DNA of 64,000 nucleotides from an uncultured bacterium. Lineage in GTDB: Bacteria > Verrucomicrobiota > Verrucomicrobiia > Limisphaerales > UBA8199. Location of the stretch: the NCBI GenBank assembly GCA_963749495.1, contig CAVVMW010000001.1, forward strand, positions 704,001-768,000. Direction: 5' to 3'. Position numbers and translations under genes: made by a program. How positions within the stretch are numbered: the stretch's first letter is position 1; every line of letters begins with the position of its first letter. This document shows, one piece after another, positions 41,391 through 51,416 of the stretch. The notes below the pieces were generated by a model. The model saw only the letters and a list, made by a program, of their open reading frames with translations. It did not search any database and was not told the origin of the DNA.

Positions 41391-41666
41391 ATGAGTGCAC
41401 CGATTGTGCGGGAAAAGCGGCAAACCACGCTCCCTCAAGATGTCTGCGAGGCCGCCGGCCTGAAGCCAAACGATCAAGTCAATTGGCGCTTCGAGGAGGG
41501 CGAGATCCGTGGACGCAAGCTGGTGGCCCGAAAGCCCAAGCCGCGATTTCCCCGGGGGAGCCTCCTCAAGTACTTCACCCCCGAAAAAACGCGTGAGGAA
41601 GCTGCAATCTATGAGGCCACCGTCAAAGGAGGAGGAGGAAGAACACTCACGGCTTGGTGGAATTGA
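41391..41666 (+). CDS. AbrB/MazE/SpoVT-like DNA-binding protein (orphan)
   Basis: KRQTTLPQDVCEAAGLKPNDQVNW. Confidence 0.65.
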   Translation: MSAPIVREKRQTTLPQDVCEAAGLKPNDQVNWRFEEGEIRGRKLVARKPKPRFPRGSLLKYFTPEKTREEAAIYEATVKGGGGRTLTAWWN

Positions 41667-42633
41667 GCGCCTTCTTGATCGCGGCGATGACTTTGCGCTG
41701 GGCGGAGAGGGGTTTGCCGGGGATGCGGGCGCCTGCGGCGGCGACGTGGCCGCCGCCGCCGAACTGGGCGGCGATGGCGTTGACATTGACCTTGTCGCTC
41801 TTGGAGCGGAGGCTGATGCGAGTCAGGTCGGGTTCGACTTCTTCGAAGACACAGGCGACGACCACCGGGGCGATGGCGCGGATGTGGTCGATGAGGCCCT
41901 CGGAGTCGCTGCTGTCGGCGCCGGTGCGGGCGAAGTCGGCCTTTTTGAGCCAGAAATAGGCGATCTGGTTCTGGTGGGTGAGGCGGTAGTGGCTATAGAC
42001 GTGCTTAAGGAGTTTGGCGCGGGAGATGGGGTAGGATTGATAGACCTCATCGCAGATCTTGGCGAGGTCGGCGCCGCGCCGGACCAGTTCCCCGGCCACA
42101 TGGAAGGTGCCGGGGCGGGTGCTGGGATATTGGAAGGAGCCGGTGTCGGTGGAGACGGCTGCGAAGAGGCAGTCGGCGATGGGCTTGGTGATGGGCCACT
42201 TGGCGAGCTTGAGGAGGCGGAAGACGAGTTCGCCGGTGGAGGGTTCGCGCCCGGAGACCCAATTGAGGTCGCCGAACCGGGTATTGCTCTGGTGGTGGTC
42301 GATGTTGATGAGGAGCTTGCGCTGAGCGATGCAGGGGCCGACCGAGCCGAGGCGCTCGAGGCTGGCGGCATCGGTGGCGATGACGCAATCGAACTGCTGT
42401 CCCGGCTTGGGTTTTTGCAAGAGATGGGCGGGGTCGAGGAACTCGTATTTTTGGGGGATGGGGTCCTCATTCCAACAACAGACCTGTTTGCCTTCGTTTT
42501 GGAGGGCGATGGCCAGGCCGAGTTGAGCGCCGACGCAATCGCCGTCGGGCCGGATGTGGCCGACGACACAAACGGTCTGGCTCTGGCGGAGGCCCTCGAT
42601 GATGCGGTCGAGGATCTTGGGATGGGGCTTCAA
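41647..42633 (-). CDS. nrnA: DHH/DHHA1 oligoribonuclease / PAP phosphatase
   Basis: HIRPDGDC, NIDHH, STDTGSF, SLRS, GGGGHVAAAGA. Confidence 0.92.
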   Translation of the reverse strand: MKPHPKILDRIIEGLRQSQTVCVVGHIRPDGDCVGAQLGLAIALQNEGKQVCCWNEDPIPQKYEFLDPAHLLQKPKPGQQFDCVIATDAASLERLGSVGPCIAQRKLLINIDHHQSNTRFGDLNWVSGREPSTGELVFRLLKLAKWPITKPIADCLFAAVSTDTGSFQYPSTRPGTFHVAGELVRRGADLAKICDEVYQSYPISRAKLLKHVYSHYRLTHQNQIAYFWLKKADFARTGADSSDSEGLIDHIRAIAPVVVACVFEEVEPDLTRISLRSKSDKVNVNAIAAQFGGGGHVAAAGARIPGKPLSAQRKVIAAIKKALNSTKP

Positions 42634-43031
42634 GGGAGGAGGCGGGGGTCCTGGTCCTTGTCCTCGGCGTCTTCGGGAGCGGCCAGGGAAGTCCGCTCCA
42701 ACTCTTTGAGGATTTCAAGCACCCGGTTGCCGCGCGCGATGGATTCGTCCATGAGGAACCTGAGGGTGGGGGTGTATTTGAGGACCACGGCGCGGCCGAC
42801 CAGGCCCTGGATGCGCTTGCGATGGCGGCGGAGCAGGGAGAGGCCGCGCTTCTGCTGGTCGGCGTTGCCCAGGATGCTAATGAAGACGATGGCCGAATGG
42901 AGGTCGCCGGCGACATCGACATCGTTGACCGTGACCAGGCCGGCCTCGCTGACGGGGAACTCGCGGTGGATGACCTGGCCAATCTCGCGCCTGAGCAACT
43001 CGCGCACTCGTTGGAGTCTCAATGAGAGCAT
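42630..43031 (-). CDS. rbfA: Ribosome-binding factor A
   Basis: RLQRVRELLRREI, VTVNDV, LKYTPTLRFLMDESI; synteny with infB. Confidence 0.95.
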   Translation of the reverse strand: MLSLRLQRVRELLRREIGQVIHREFPVSEAGLVTVNDVDVAGDLHSAIVFISILGNADQQKRGLSLLRRHRKRIQGLVGRAVVLKYTPTLRFLMDESIARGNRVLEILKELERTSLAAPEDAEDKDQDPRLLP

Positions 43032-43037
43032 GATGGG

Positions 43038-45692
43038 TCACAGGTTTTGCACTATCTTCTCCATGGTATAGCACTCGATGTTGTCCCCCGTCTGGAACTC
43101 GCCGAAGCCCTCGATGCGGATGCCGCACTCCATGCCGGCGCGGACCTCGTTGACCTCGTCCTGGAATCGGCGCAGGGACTGGGCCAGGCCCTCGTAGATG
43201 ATCTCTTTGCGGCGGCGCAGGCGGACCTTGCCCTTGACGATGCGCCCGCTGGTGACCATGCAGCCGGCGACGGGCGCGCCCTTGGACAACTGGAAGACCT
43301 TGCGCACCTCGGCCACGCCCAGGGTCACGTCCTTGAGCAGCGGCTCCAGCAGGCCGGCCATGGCCTCTTTGACCTGGTCGATGAGTTCGTAGATGATCGC
43401 GTAGAGCTTGATCTGGATGCCTTCGTGCTTGGCCTTGTCGGCCACGCCGCTGTCCACCCGCGTGTGGAAGCCCAGGATGACGGCCGCGGAGGCAGAGGCC
43501 AGGGCCACGTCGGATTCGGTGATGGTGCCGACGGCGCTGTGGATGATTTCGAGCGAGACCTTTTCGGACTCGATCTTCTTGAGGGCCTCGACGATGGCCT
43601 CGACGCTGCCCTGGGCATCGGCCTTGACGACCACCCTGAGGACCTTCGAGGTGCTGGAGGCCAATTGGGCAAAGAGATTCTCGAGGGTGACCTTGCCGCG
43701 GGAAGGCTCCTGGCCCAGGGCCTTGGCCTCCATGGCCCGTTGCTCGGCCAGTGCGCGCGCCGCCCGCTCATCCTCGACGACGCTGAATTCGAGGCCGGCC
43801 TCGGGGACGCCGTTGAGGCCCAGGACCCTGACAGCGACGGAGGGGCCGGCTTCCTTGAGGCGCTTGCCTTCCTCGCTGATGAGGGCGCGCACCCGGCCGT
43901 AATAATGGCTGCAGATAATGATGTCGCCCACGCGGAGGGTCCCCTTGCGGACCAGGACGGTGGCGGTGGGCCCGCCCGGTTCGAGGCCCGACTCGATGAC
44001 GTTGCCTTTGGCGCGGCGGTTCGGGTTGGCCTTCAATTCGAGGAGATCGGCCTGGAGCAGGATCATCTCGATGAGCTTCTCGACGTTCTGCTTCATGAGG
44101 GCGGAGACCTCGACGAAGATGGTGTCGCCGCCCCAATCATCGGGGACCAGGCCCTTGTCCTGGAGTTGCTGGCGGACCTTGAGGGCGCTGGCGTTGGGGT
44201 GGTCCATCTTGTTGACGGCGACAAGGATGGGGACCTTGGCGGCGCGGGCGTGGCTGAGGGCCTCGAGGGTCTGGGGCATGACGCCGTCGTTGGCGGCCAC
44301 GACCAGGACGACGATGTCGGTTACGTTGGCCCCGCGGGCGCGCATGGAGCTGAAGGCGGCATGGCCGGGGGTGTCCAGGAAGGTGATCTGGGCCAGTTCC
44401 TTCTTCCGTTCGGGATGGGGGAACGAAATCGTGTAGGCGCCGATGTGCTGGGTGATGCCGCCGGCCTCGCCGGCCGCCACATTGGACTTGCGGATGACGT
44501 CCAGCAGGGTGGTCTTGCCGTGGTCCACGTGGCCCATAATGGTCACCACCGGCGCGCGCGCCACCAGGTCGGCCGCCTTGTCCTCGACATCCAGCTCCAC
44601 CTTCCGGCTCGGGGCATGGACCAGCCCGCTGCCGCGCTCGCGCTTCTCCACCTCCAGCCGGCACCCGTACTTGGCGCAGATCTTTTGGGCGACGCCTTCT
44701 TCGATCGGCTGGTTGACGGTGGCGAAGACACCCAGTTCGATGAGGTCGGCAATGACCTTGAAGGGCTTCTGCTTGAGTTGCTCGGCCAACTCACGCACGA
44801 CGATGGGCGGCTTGATGGAAACGACTTGGGCGTCGGCAGGCAACACCACCTTCGGAGACTCGGCGGCTTTCCCAGCGGACCCCTTTTGCTGAGGGAACCT
44901 GGCGCCGGGGATGGCGGGACCCGAGGGTGGAGCCGGCCCGCGCACACTGCGGATGTCGCCTCGTTTGGTGAACTCGGTCCTCCTGGGCTCCGCCTGGCGC
45001 TGAGGCGGCTTGGGGCTGCCGGCCTTTTCGGCGGTTCTTGCGCCGGGCTTGGGCGGCAACTGAATGAAGCCGACTTTATCGCCAATCTTGGGCGGCGGCG
45101 GGGCGGGCGGCGGCGGCGGTTGCGGCACCGGTGGCGGGGCAACCGGGGCAGGGGGGGCTTGGACTTTGGCGACGACCGGTTCGGGCGCCGGACCCGGCGG
45201 GGCGGGCGGGGCGGTGGGCGGTTGGCCGACGGGAGTAGCAGGGGGCGGCGGTGCTTCGACTGCCGGCGCTTGGGAGGGCGCCGGCGTGGGCGTTACAGGA
45301 ACCGGCGCCAGGATTCCGATGCCCGGGACCGGAGGCGGCGCGGCAACGGGCGCGGGGGTTTGACGGGCCTCGACAGGCGGTGGAGGGGCGGTAACGATAG
45401 AAATGGTTTCGGCGACCGGCCCGGCAGGGACTGGTGTGGCAATGGCAGGGGCGGCCTCGGGCGGCGGTGCCGGTTCAGGTGTGGGCGCGGGCGGGAGGGG
45501 CGGCGGTGCCGGTGGGGCCAGGAAGCGCGGGTGCGTGGCCTTGATCTGGTCTTCGAGATACTCGGCAGTGATCTTATCCAGCGAACTCGAGGCCACCCGC
45601 GCGCCGATAATGCCCAGTTCTTTGGCTTTGGCCAGAACCTCTTTGTTCTCCAAGCCGAGTTTCTTTGAAATGTCGTAAATCCGAACGGGCAT
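43038..45692 (-). CDS. infB: Translation initiation factor IF-2
   Basis: [34 protein letters not shown]; Pro-rich linker. Confidence 0.98.
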   Translation of the reverse strand: MPVRIYDISKKLGLENKEVLAKAKELGIIGARVASSSLDKITAEYLEDQIKATHPRFLAPPAPPPLPPAPTPEPAPPPEAAPAIATPVPAGPVAETISIVTAPPPPVEARQTPAPVAAPPPVPGIGILAPVPVTPTPAPSQAPAVEAPPPPATPVGQPPTAPPAPPGPAPEPVVAKVQAPPAPVAPPPVPQPPPPPAPPPPKIGDKVGFIQLPPKPGARTAEKAGSPKPPQRQAEPRRTEFTKRGDIRSVRGPAPPSGPAIPGARFPQQKGSAGKAAESPKVVLPADAQVVSIKPPIVVRELAEQLKQKPFKVIADLIELGVFATVNQPIEEGVAQKICAKYGCRLEVEKRERGSGLVHAPSRKVELDVEDKAADLVARAPVVTIMGHVDHGKTTLLDVIRKSNVAAGEAGGITQHIGAYTISFPHPERKKELAQITFLDTPGHAAFSSMRARGANVTDIVVLVVAANDGVMPQTLEALSHARAAKVPILVAVNKMDHPNASALKVRQQLQDKGLVPDDWGGDTIFVEVSALMKQNVEKLIEMILLQADLLELKANPNRRAKGNVIESGLEPGGPTATVLVRKGTLRVGDIIICSHYYGRVRALISEEGKRLKEAGPSVAVRVLGLNGVPEAGLEFSVVEDERAARALAEQRAMEAKALGQEPSRGKVTLENLFAQLASSTSKVLRVVVKADAQGSVEAIVEALKKIESEKVSLEIIHSAVGTITESDVALASASAAVILGFHTRVDSGVADKAKHEGIQIKLYAIIYELIDQVKEAMAGLLEPLLKDVTLGVAEVRKVFQLSKGAPVAGCMVTSGRIVKGKVRLRRRKEIIYEGLAQSLRRFQDEVNEVRAGMECGIRIEGFGEFQTGDNIECYTMEKIVQNL

Positions 45693-45821
45693 AAATCTCT
45701 AACACTGCTGGCCTGAGCCGCCGGACGGCCTTCATAGGTTTGATCCTAACAGGTCCAAGCTCATTGTGCCAGCCACATACCGTCACCGTTTTCCGGCGCG
45801 GGCGCACGACAAAATCCTTCG

Positions 45822-45876
45822 CTGCCGCATAAATGCGGCGTTCCGAGGCGAACCGGAACGCCGCATTTATGCGGCA
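45822..45876. repeat. REP hairpin family G (CTGCCGCATAAATGCGGCGTTCC)
   Basis: 23-bp inverted repeat with a 10-bp loop between nusA and infB. Confidence 0.8.
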
Positions 45877-45953
45877 GGCGGGCGCCCTGGAAGAAATCTG
45901 TCGTGCGCCCTCCGGCGCCACAAGGCGCCAAATACCAAAAGCCAGTCTCTGTA

Positions 45954-47233
45954 TCACCCTGAAACCGGGGCCTCTCCGACCTTCAGGGTGCGGCGCGCGG
46001 CCTCGGCGCGCGCCGCCTCCATAATCGCGGCCGCGTGTTCAGCCAACTCGGGTATATCGGCCAGATCGCTCTGCTCGGCCCCCAGGACATCCTCCAACCG
46101 CGTCAGGCCATTGTGCACCAGCAGATCCGCCTGCTCCCGCGTAATCCCGGGGATGGCCGCCAGCGATTCGACAGCCTCAGCCACTTTCTCTTCAAAACCT
46201 TTGGTGACCACCACTTCGGCTCGATATCCACCTGCCAGCCCGTGAGCTTGGAGGTCAGGCGCGCATTCTGGCCGCGCTTGCCGATGGCCAGCGAGAGTTG
46301 GTCCTCGCTGACGGTGATGCGCACGCGCTTATTGGCCTCGTCCACGTTGAAGGCCTTGAGCTTGGCCGGCGCCAGGGCGTTGGTGATGAACATCTTAACG
46401 TTCGGGTCCCAGCGGATGATGTCCACCTTCTCGTTGTTGAGTTCGCGGACAATGTTCTTGACCCGCTGGCCGCGCAGGCCGACGCACGCGCCAACCGGGT
46501 CAACCTTGTCGTCGCGGGTCCAGACGGCCAGCTTGGTGCGGAAGCCGGGTTCGCGGGCGATGCCCTTGATTTCGATGGTGCCGTCGCTGACCTCGGAGAC
46601 TTCCAACTGGAAGAGCTTGAGGACGAAACGGGGGTCGGCGCGGGAGAGGATGATCTCCGGGCCGTGGATGCCTTGCTCGACAGCTTTAACGTAACAGCGG
46701 AGCCGCTCGCCCACCTGGTATTCCTCCGTGGGAACCCGTTCCCGGTTGGGCAGCAGGGCCTCGTACTTGCCCAGGTCCACGAGCACGTCAGAGCGGTCGA
46801 ACCGCCGGACAGTGCCGCTAATGAGATCGCCGACGCGGTCCTTGAACTCGGTAAAGATGAGCTGCTTCTCGGCCCGGCGGATGTGCTGCATCAGCGCCTG
46901 TTTGGCATACTGGGCGGCGATGCGCCCGAAACCGATGGGGGTGACCTCGACTTCGAGCTCCTCCCCAGCCTGGGCGTCGGCCTTGATGCGGCGGGCGTCG
47001 AAGACAGAAATCTGGTCGTGCCTCGAACTGACTTTCTCCGAGACGACCAGCTTGGCAAAGGCGCGGATGTCCCCCGATTTCTGGTCGATAGCGACGCGCA
47101 ATTCACGGGCGGGACCGATTGCCTTCTTTGCGGCCGTGAGCAGGGCCTCCTGTACGGCGCCAACCAGGACATCCCGATTGATGCCCTTCTCACGCTCCCA
47201 GAATTCCAACACTGCTAAAAAGTCGGCGTTCAT
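45954..47233 (-). CDS. nusA: Transcription factor NusA; frameshift near 46218
   Basis: FGRIAAQYAKQ, AREPGFRTKLAV, DPVGACVG, SLAIGKRGQNARL. The C-terminal HhH domain is in the shifted frame. Confidence 0.96.
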
Positions 47234-47262
47234 ACAAGTCTCGACGGTCCTGCTGGGGGAAC

Positions 47263-47295
47263 AAAAAAGTCGGCAGATGAGACTCTTCCGACTTT
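47263..47295 (-). terminator. Leader terminator/attenuator upstream of nusA
   Basis: mRNA AAAGUCGGAAGA-loop-UCUGCCGACUUUUUU, between the promoter and the start codon. Confidence 0.65.
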
Positions 47296-47333
47296 GGCGC
47301 GCTGGCGGGCCAGCAATATACCGTTCTAGAGAG

Positions 47334-47362
47334 AATCTAAGATTTTAATCAGAAACAGTCAA
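47334..47362 (-). promoter_or_regulatory. sigma70 promoter of the nusA operon
   Basis: TTGACT-17-TAGATT on the minus strand in an AT-rich patch. Confidence 0.65.
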
Positions 47363-47382
47363 GCCCGATATTTAGCGGGTCT

Positions 47383-47497
47383 CCCGGAGTTGCGCCCGTC
47401 CCCGGGCGCAGCGACGTCCAAAACCGGGGCAGCAGTCAAACACTCCAGCGCGCCCGCACGTTCCGCCGCTGCTGCGCCCGGGGACGGGCGCACTCCG
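47383..47497. repeat. REP family C copy
   Basis: Same inverted ends as 7747-7860. Confidence 0.88.
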
Positions 47498-47583
47498 GGG
47501 GCACTGTCAGGCTGCCCCCGATGAGGGTGCTGGGCGGCGAAACTGCTTTACAATCCCTCCCACCCTGCTTCAAGCTCAACGGT

Positions 47584-47958
47584 ATGACACAACCGCTCGC
47601 GCTCATTCTCTACGAGAAGCTGCTGCCGGGCAGCCAGGTTGTCAACCGGCTGCAGGACCTGGGCTATCGGGTCCAAGTCGTTGCCGACCCGGCGGCCGTG
47701 ACGGCGTGCGCTGAGCAGTCCAAACCGATGCTCGTGCTGGCGGACCTCAACTTCACCAAGACGGATATCTGCGCCGCCCTGGCCACGCTCCGCAACCACG
47801 CGCCCACCCGGCACGTCCCGGTCATCGGCTTCGGCGGGGGCGACAACTCGCAGGTCCAGGCCGCCGCCCTGGCCGCCGGGGTGACTCTGGTCGTCAGCGA
47901 GGCGGCCATCCTGCACCACCTGCCCGAGTGCCTGGACCAGGCCCTGCAGGTGGAGTAG
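47584..47958 (+). CDS. Receiver-like single-domain protein
   Basis: LGYRV, PMLVLADL, TRHVPVIGF. Confidence 0.7.
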   Translation: MTQPLALILYEKLLPGSQVVNRLQDLGYRVQVVADPAAVTACAEQSKPMLVLADLNFTKTDICAALATLRNHAPTRHVPVIGFGGGDNSQVQAAALAAGVTLVVSEAAILHHLPECLDQALQVE

Positions 47959-48104
47959 GGGGGCCTGGTCCGACCCGTCAGACGCGTCAGACGCGTCCGA
48001 CTCGCCGGACCCTGCGAGGTATCGAGGCACACTCCACGCCTTTCACGTTTCACGTTTCACGTTTCACGCTGGTTCCGGGGGCGCGTATCGCCTACACTCC
48101 AGGC

Positions 48105-49265
48105 ATGGTTGATCGGCCGCCGCCAGTCACCAGCCTCTACGTGCACGTGCCCTTTTGCGCGCGCAAGTGCGGGTATTGCGCCTTTTACTCGGAGGCATCC
48201 ACGGCTCAGTTGATGGAGCGTTGCGTCAGGGCGCTGATTGGGGAGTTGGAGGGGGTGGCGGCGGACCTGGAGCCGCGCACCACGTTCTTTGGCGGGGGCA
48301 CTCCCACGCTGTTGAACCTGCGGCAGTGGGAGCGAATCCTCGCCGCCATGGACCGCCTGGGCCTCGGTGGCGCGGCGGAGTGGACAGTCGAGTGCAATCC
48401 CGCCACCTTGTCGCTCGACAAGGCCAGGTTGTTGCGCTCCGGCGGGGTCAACCGGATTTCCATGGGGGTCCAGTCGCTCGACCGGGCCCTGCTCCAGCGG
48501 TTGGGCCGGATTCACTCCAGGGCGATGGTTTTCAAGTCCTTCGACATCCTCCGGCAGGCGGGCTTCGAAAACGTGAACCTGGACCTCATGTTCGCCATCC
48601 CGGGCCAGACACTGGAGGTGTGGCGGCAGACCCTGCGCGAGGCCCTGGCCCTGGGCAGCGAACACCTCTCCACCTACGAGGTCATTTGCGAGGAGGACAC
48701 GCCGCTCTATGAACAATTGCAGGCGGGTCAATTCGCGGTGGATGAAGACCTGGCCTGCGCGATGTACGACGAGTTGGTTGAGCGGGCCGCCGGCGCCGGG
48801 TTTCAGCAATATGAAATCGCCAACTTCGCGCGGCCGGGGCGGGCAGCCGGCGAGGTCCCGTCATTCGCCTGCGGCCACAATGTAAACTATTGGCGCGGCG
48901 GAAGCTTTTACGGCGCGGGGCCCAGCGCCACCAGTTACGTGAGGGGCGTGCGGACCAAGAACTGGTCGAACACGCAGCGTTATTGCGAGTTAATCGAGCG
49001 TGGCAACGGGGCGCAGGAGTCGCGCGAGGAGTTGGCGCCTCTGGCGCGCGCAGGGGAAACGGCGGCCTTCGGGCTGCGGATGGTGGCGGGTTGGCCCTTC
49101 GAGCAGTTCCGGCGCGCGACCGGGCACGACCTGCGCGGCGAATGGGCTGGGGAGATGCGGCAGTTGGTGGAGCAGGGGTGGGGCCGGCTCGGGCCGGACC
49201 GCTTTCAACTCACACCGGCAGGGCTGCGGTTTGCCGACGCCGCGGCGCAGCAGTTTCTGCGGTAG
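48105..49265 (+). CDS. hemW: Radical SAM heme chaperone
   Basis: LYVHVPFCARKCGYCAF, FGGGTPT, QYEIANFA, HNVNYW. Confidence 0.92.
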   Translation: MVDRPPPVTSLYVHVPFCARKCGYCAFYSEASTAQLMERCVRALIGELEGVAADLEPRTTFFGGGTPTLLNLRQWERILAAMDRLGLGGAAEWTVECNPATLSLDKARLLRSGGVNRISMGVQSLDRALLQRLGRIHSRAMVFKSFDILRQAGFENVNLDLMFAIPGQTLEVWRQTLREALALGSEHLSTYEVICEEDTPLYEQLQAGQFAVDEDLACAMYDELVERAAGAGFQQYEIANFARPGRAAGEVPSFACGHNVNYWRGGSFYGAGPSATSYVRGVRTKNWSNTQRYCELIERGNGAQESREELAPLARAGETAAFGLRMVAGWPFEQFRRATGHDLRGEWAGEMRQLVEQGWGRLGPDRFQLTPAGLRFADAAAQQFLR

Positions 49266-49344
49266 GAGGGGCGTGGGCGCCGGCGGGCGCGAAACAAAAG
49301 AGTAACCACCTCGTGAAGGGCCTCCACGATTTTGAGATCGCGCA

Positions 49345-49492
49345 TTGGGACCATGAACCGGGCGGGCATTGCCCGGCGCGAAGCGTTTTGGACTGCGGCA
49401 GTCCTCTGCCGCTTTTTGGAGCCAGGGGACGCGAAAGCGCCAGAGGACTGGCGCGGTCCAAGACCTAGCGGGCTTGGGGTCGGTTCATCGAG
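49345..49492. repeat. REP family H (TTTTGGACTGCGGCAGTCCTCTGCCGCT) within CATGAACCG...CGGTTCAT ends
   Basis: Inverted arms; a partial copy lies at 52665-52718. Confidence 0.7.
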
Positions 49493-50199
49493 AGGCCACC
49501 GTAGCGGCGGTTCCCTGGGAGTGCCGTTGCACCCAGACCGACCCGACTTCTCGATTCTTTGTTTCGGTCTGTGGTTCTCCCGGCGAAATCTGGACCCTGT
49601 AGGCATCGGTGGGGCCCAGCCATGGAATGAGGAATTCCACATGGCCTTGGGGCGCCGCCGCCGTTCCGTTAAACAAGACTGGCAAAGTGGCGACCGCGCT
49701 GCCCCCGTTCTCGGGAATTTGCTCCCCCTTTATCTGGACCGCTTCTGCGCAGGCCAGAAAGGGCAGGGCGTCAAGGTGGTCCAGGCGCACCATCACGCGC
49801 AGTCAATTGTCACCGTCTCGCTCAGCCGGTCGAGGCCTCCGCCATCGTCTCGGACCACGTCGCCCGAAACGTCGCGCACAAGCGGGCCATTTGCTCCGAC
49901 TGCAGTTGCAAGGATGCATTCTGCGTTCGGAGTTCGGTTTGCGCCTGATGTTGAATCAGGCCATAGGCCGCTAGGCCGCCCATCAGAACGAGGGCAAGCA
50001 TCCTGGCATTGAGTCGGCTCACGGTTATGATCTCGATGAGGGCCGGCGGGAGTGGGTGCTCCCGTTCGGGCCGCTTTTGTTCCTGGTTGGGAACGGTTGT
50101 CCGTTGTCCGGATTGCGCAGAGGGGCAGCTTTCACGCCAAGGGCAAGGATGCAGCGCCAACGGCGCGGCCTCATACCTGGGGCAACGCCCTGCTCGCGC

Positions 50200-50395
50200 G
50201 CGTCGCGGAGCGACGCAGTGAAGGTAGCCGTGGACCTCGGTCCACGGTTTGCGGCCTGGGAACGCTCCCGCGTCGCGTAGCGACGCCTGACGGCCTCGCG
50301 GTTTTCAGGCGTCGCTACGCGACGCGGTCAAGCTTGGGCCATGGGTCCGTGGACTGGAAGTCCACGGCTACCATCGGGCACCGCTACGCGGTGAG
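50200..50395. repeat. REPIN family F copy
   Basis: Matches 33335-33530. Confidence 0.88.
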
Positions 50396-50470
50396 CCGGA
50401 CGCCAGCGCGAACTCCCCAGGGCTGTATCGCTTTCACCCACGGCCTCCCGCTTTTTGGACAGGTCCTTGC

Positions 50471-51202
50471 TCAGTTCACGCGTTCCGCGATCTGGTAGCG
50501 GAACATGCGCTTTTTCATCCAGCGCACGGCCAGCAGGTCGTAGAAGGAGGCGAAGAGCCGGTTCCAGACGCCATAGTGGCTTTGGCCGGCCAAGCGCGCG
50601 TTGTGGGCGACGGCAATCTCGGTGACCGTGAAGCCCTCGATCTTGACGAGGGTGGGCAGGAAGCGGTGCATGCCCTTGAAGAACTTGAGGTTTTCGATGC
50701 ACTCGCGTTTGAAGAGGCGGTAGCAGCAACCGGCGTCGCTGATCTGCTCGCCGGAGAGGCGGTTTCGGACCCAGTTGGCAATGCGCGACGAGGCGACGCG
50801 GATGAAGGTGTCGCCCTGGCCGCGGGTCTGCACGCGCGTGCCGCAGGCGCAATCGTAGTGCTCGAGGGCGTCGAGGAATTTCGGGATGTCTTTGGGATCG
50901 TTCTGCAAATCGGCATCGAGGGTGAGCAGGTAGCGGCCGCGCGCGGCCTTGAGGCCGGCCCACATTGCCGCGCTCTCCCCGCAGTTGAAGCTAAACCGCT
51001 GGACCCGGATGCGCGAGTCGCCCGTGGCCAGTTCCTTGAGGATCGCCCAGGAATTGTCCCGGCTGCAGTCGTCGGTGATGACAATCTCGTAGGCAAGCTT
51101 GAGCGGCTCGACCGCCTCGCGAATCGCCCCGATCAACGGGCGCAAATTGGCCTCTTCGTTGTAACAGGGAATGACCAGGCTAAGCGTTGGAGAGGGGGGC
51201 AT
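50471..51202 (-). CDS. GT2 polyprenol-phosphate glycosyltransferase
   Basis: SLVIPCYNEE, DDCSRD, TLDADLQNDP, GMHRFLP. Confidence 0.92.
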   Translation of the reverse strand: MPPSPTLSLVIPCYNEEANLRPLIGAIREAVEPLKLAYEIVITDDCSRDNSWAILKELATGDSRIRVQRFSFNCGESAAMWAGLKAARGRYLLTLDADLQNDPKDIPKFLDALEHYDCACGTRVQTRGQGDTFIRVASSRIANWVRNRLSGEQISDAGCCYRLFKRECIENLKFFKGMHRFLPTLVKIEGFTVTEIAVAHNARLAGQSHYGVWNRLFASFYDLLAVRWMKKRMFRYQIAERVN

Positions 51203-51416
51203 GACGAATGACGAATGACGAATGACGAATGACGAATGTTTTTGTTCGGCTATGCATTTCCAAGCCGAGGCGGAGTGTAAAGGGGCCGCCGGCGGGCAAC
51301 CAGACAAAAGAAATGACTTTCCCATCAATGACCTTGCCTGCTCCCCCCGAACCAAATGGTTGTGCCTCGTTGCGAAAATCTCTTGAAATCCTCAAGGCAC
51401 GGTTTAGCCTTTGGCC

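Noticed and set aside
45060..45520. Pro/Ala-rich tract in infB as an insertion
   Set aside because: Low-complexity N-terminal linkers are normal in IF-2.
6215..47233. Frameshifts in gatB (two), lpxK, nusA, thioredoxin, the kinase and others as pseudogenes or programmed frameshifts
   Set aside because: These are isolated 1-nt indels in essential genes with otherwise intact sequence and no shared slippery motif; sequencing or assembly error is more likely.
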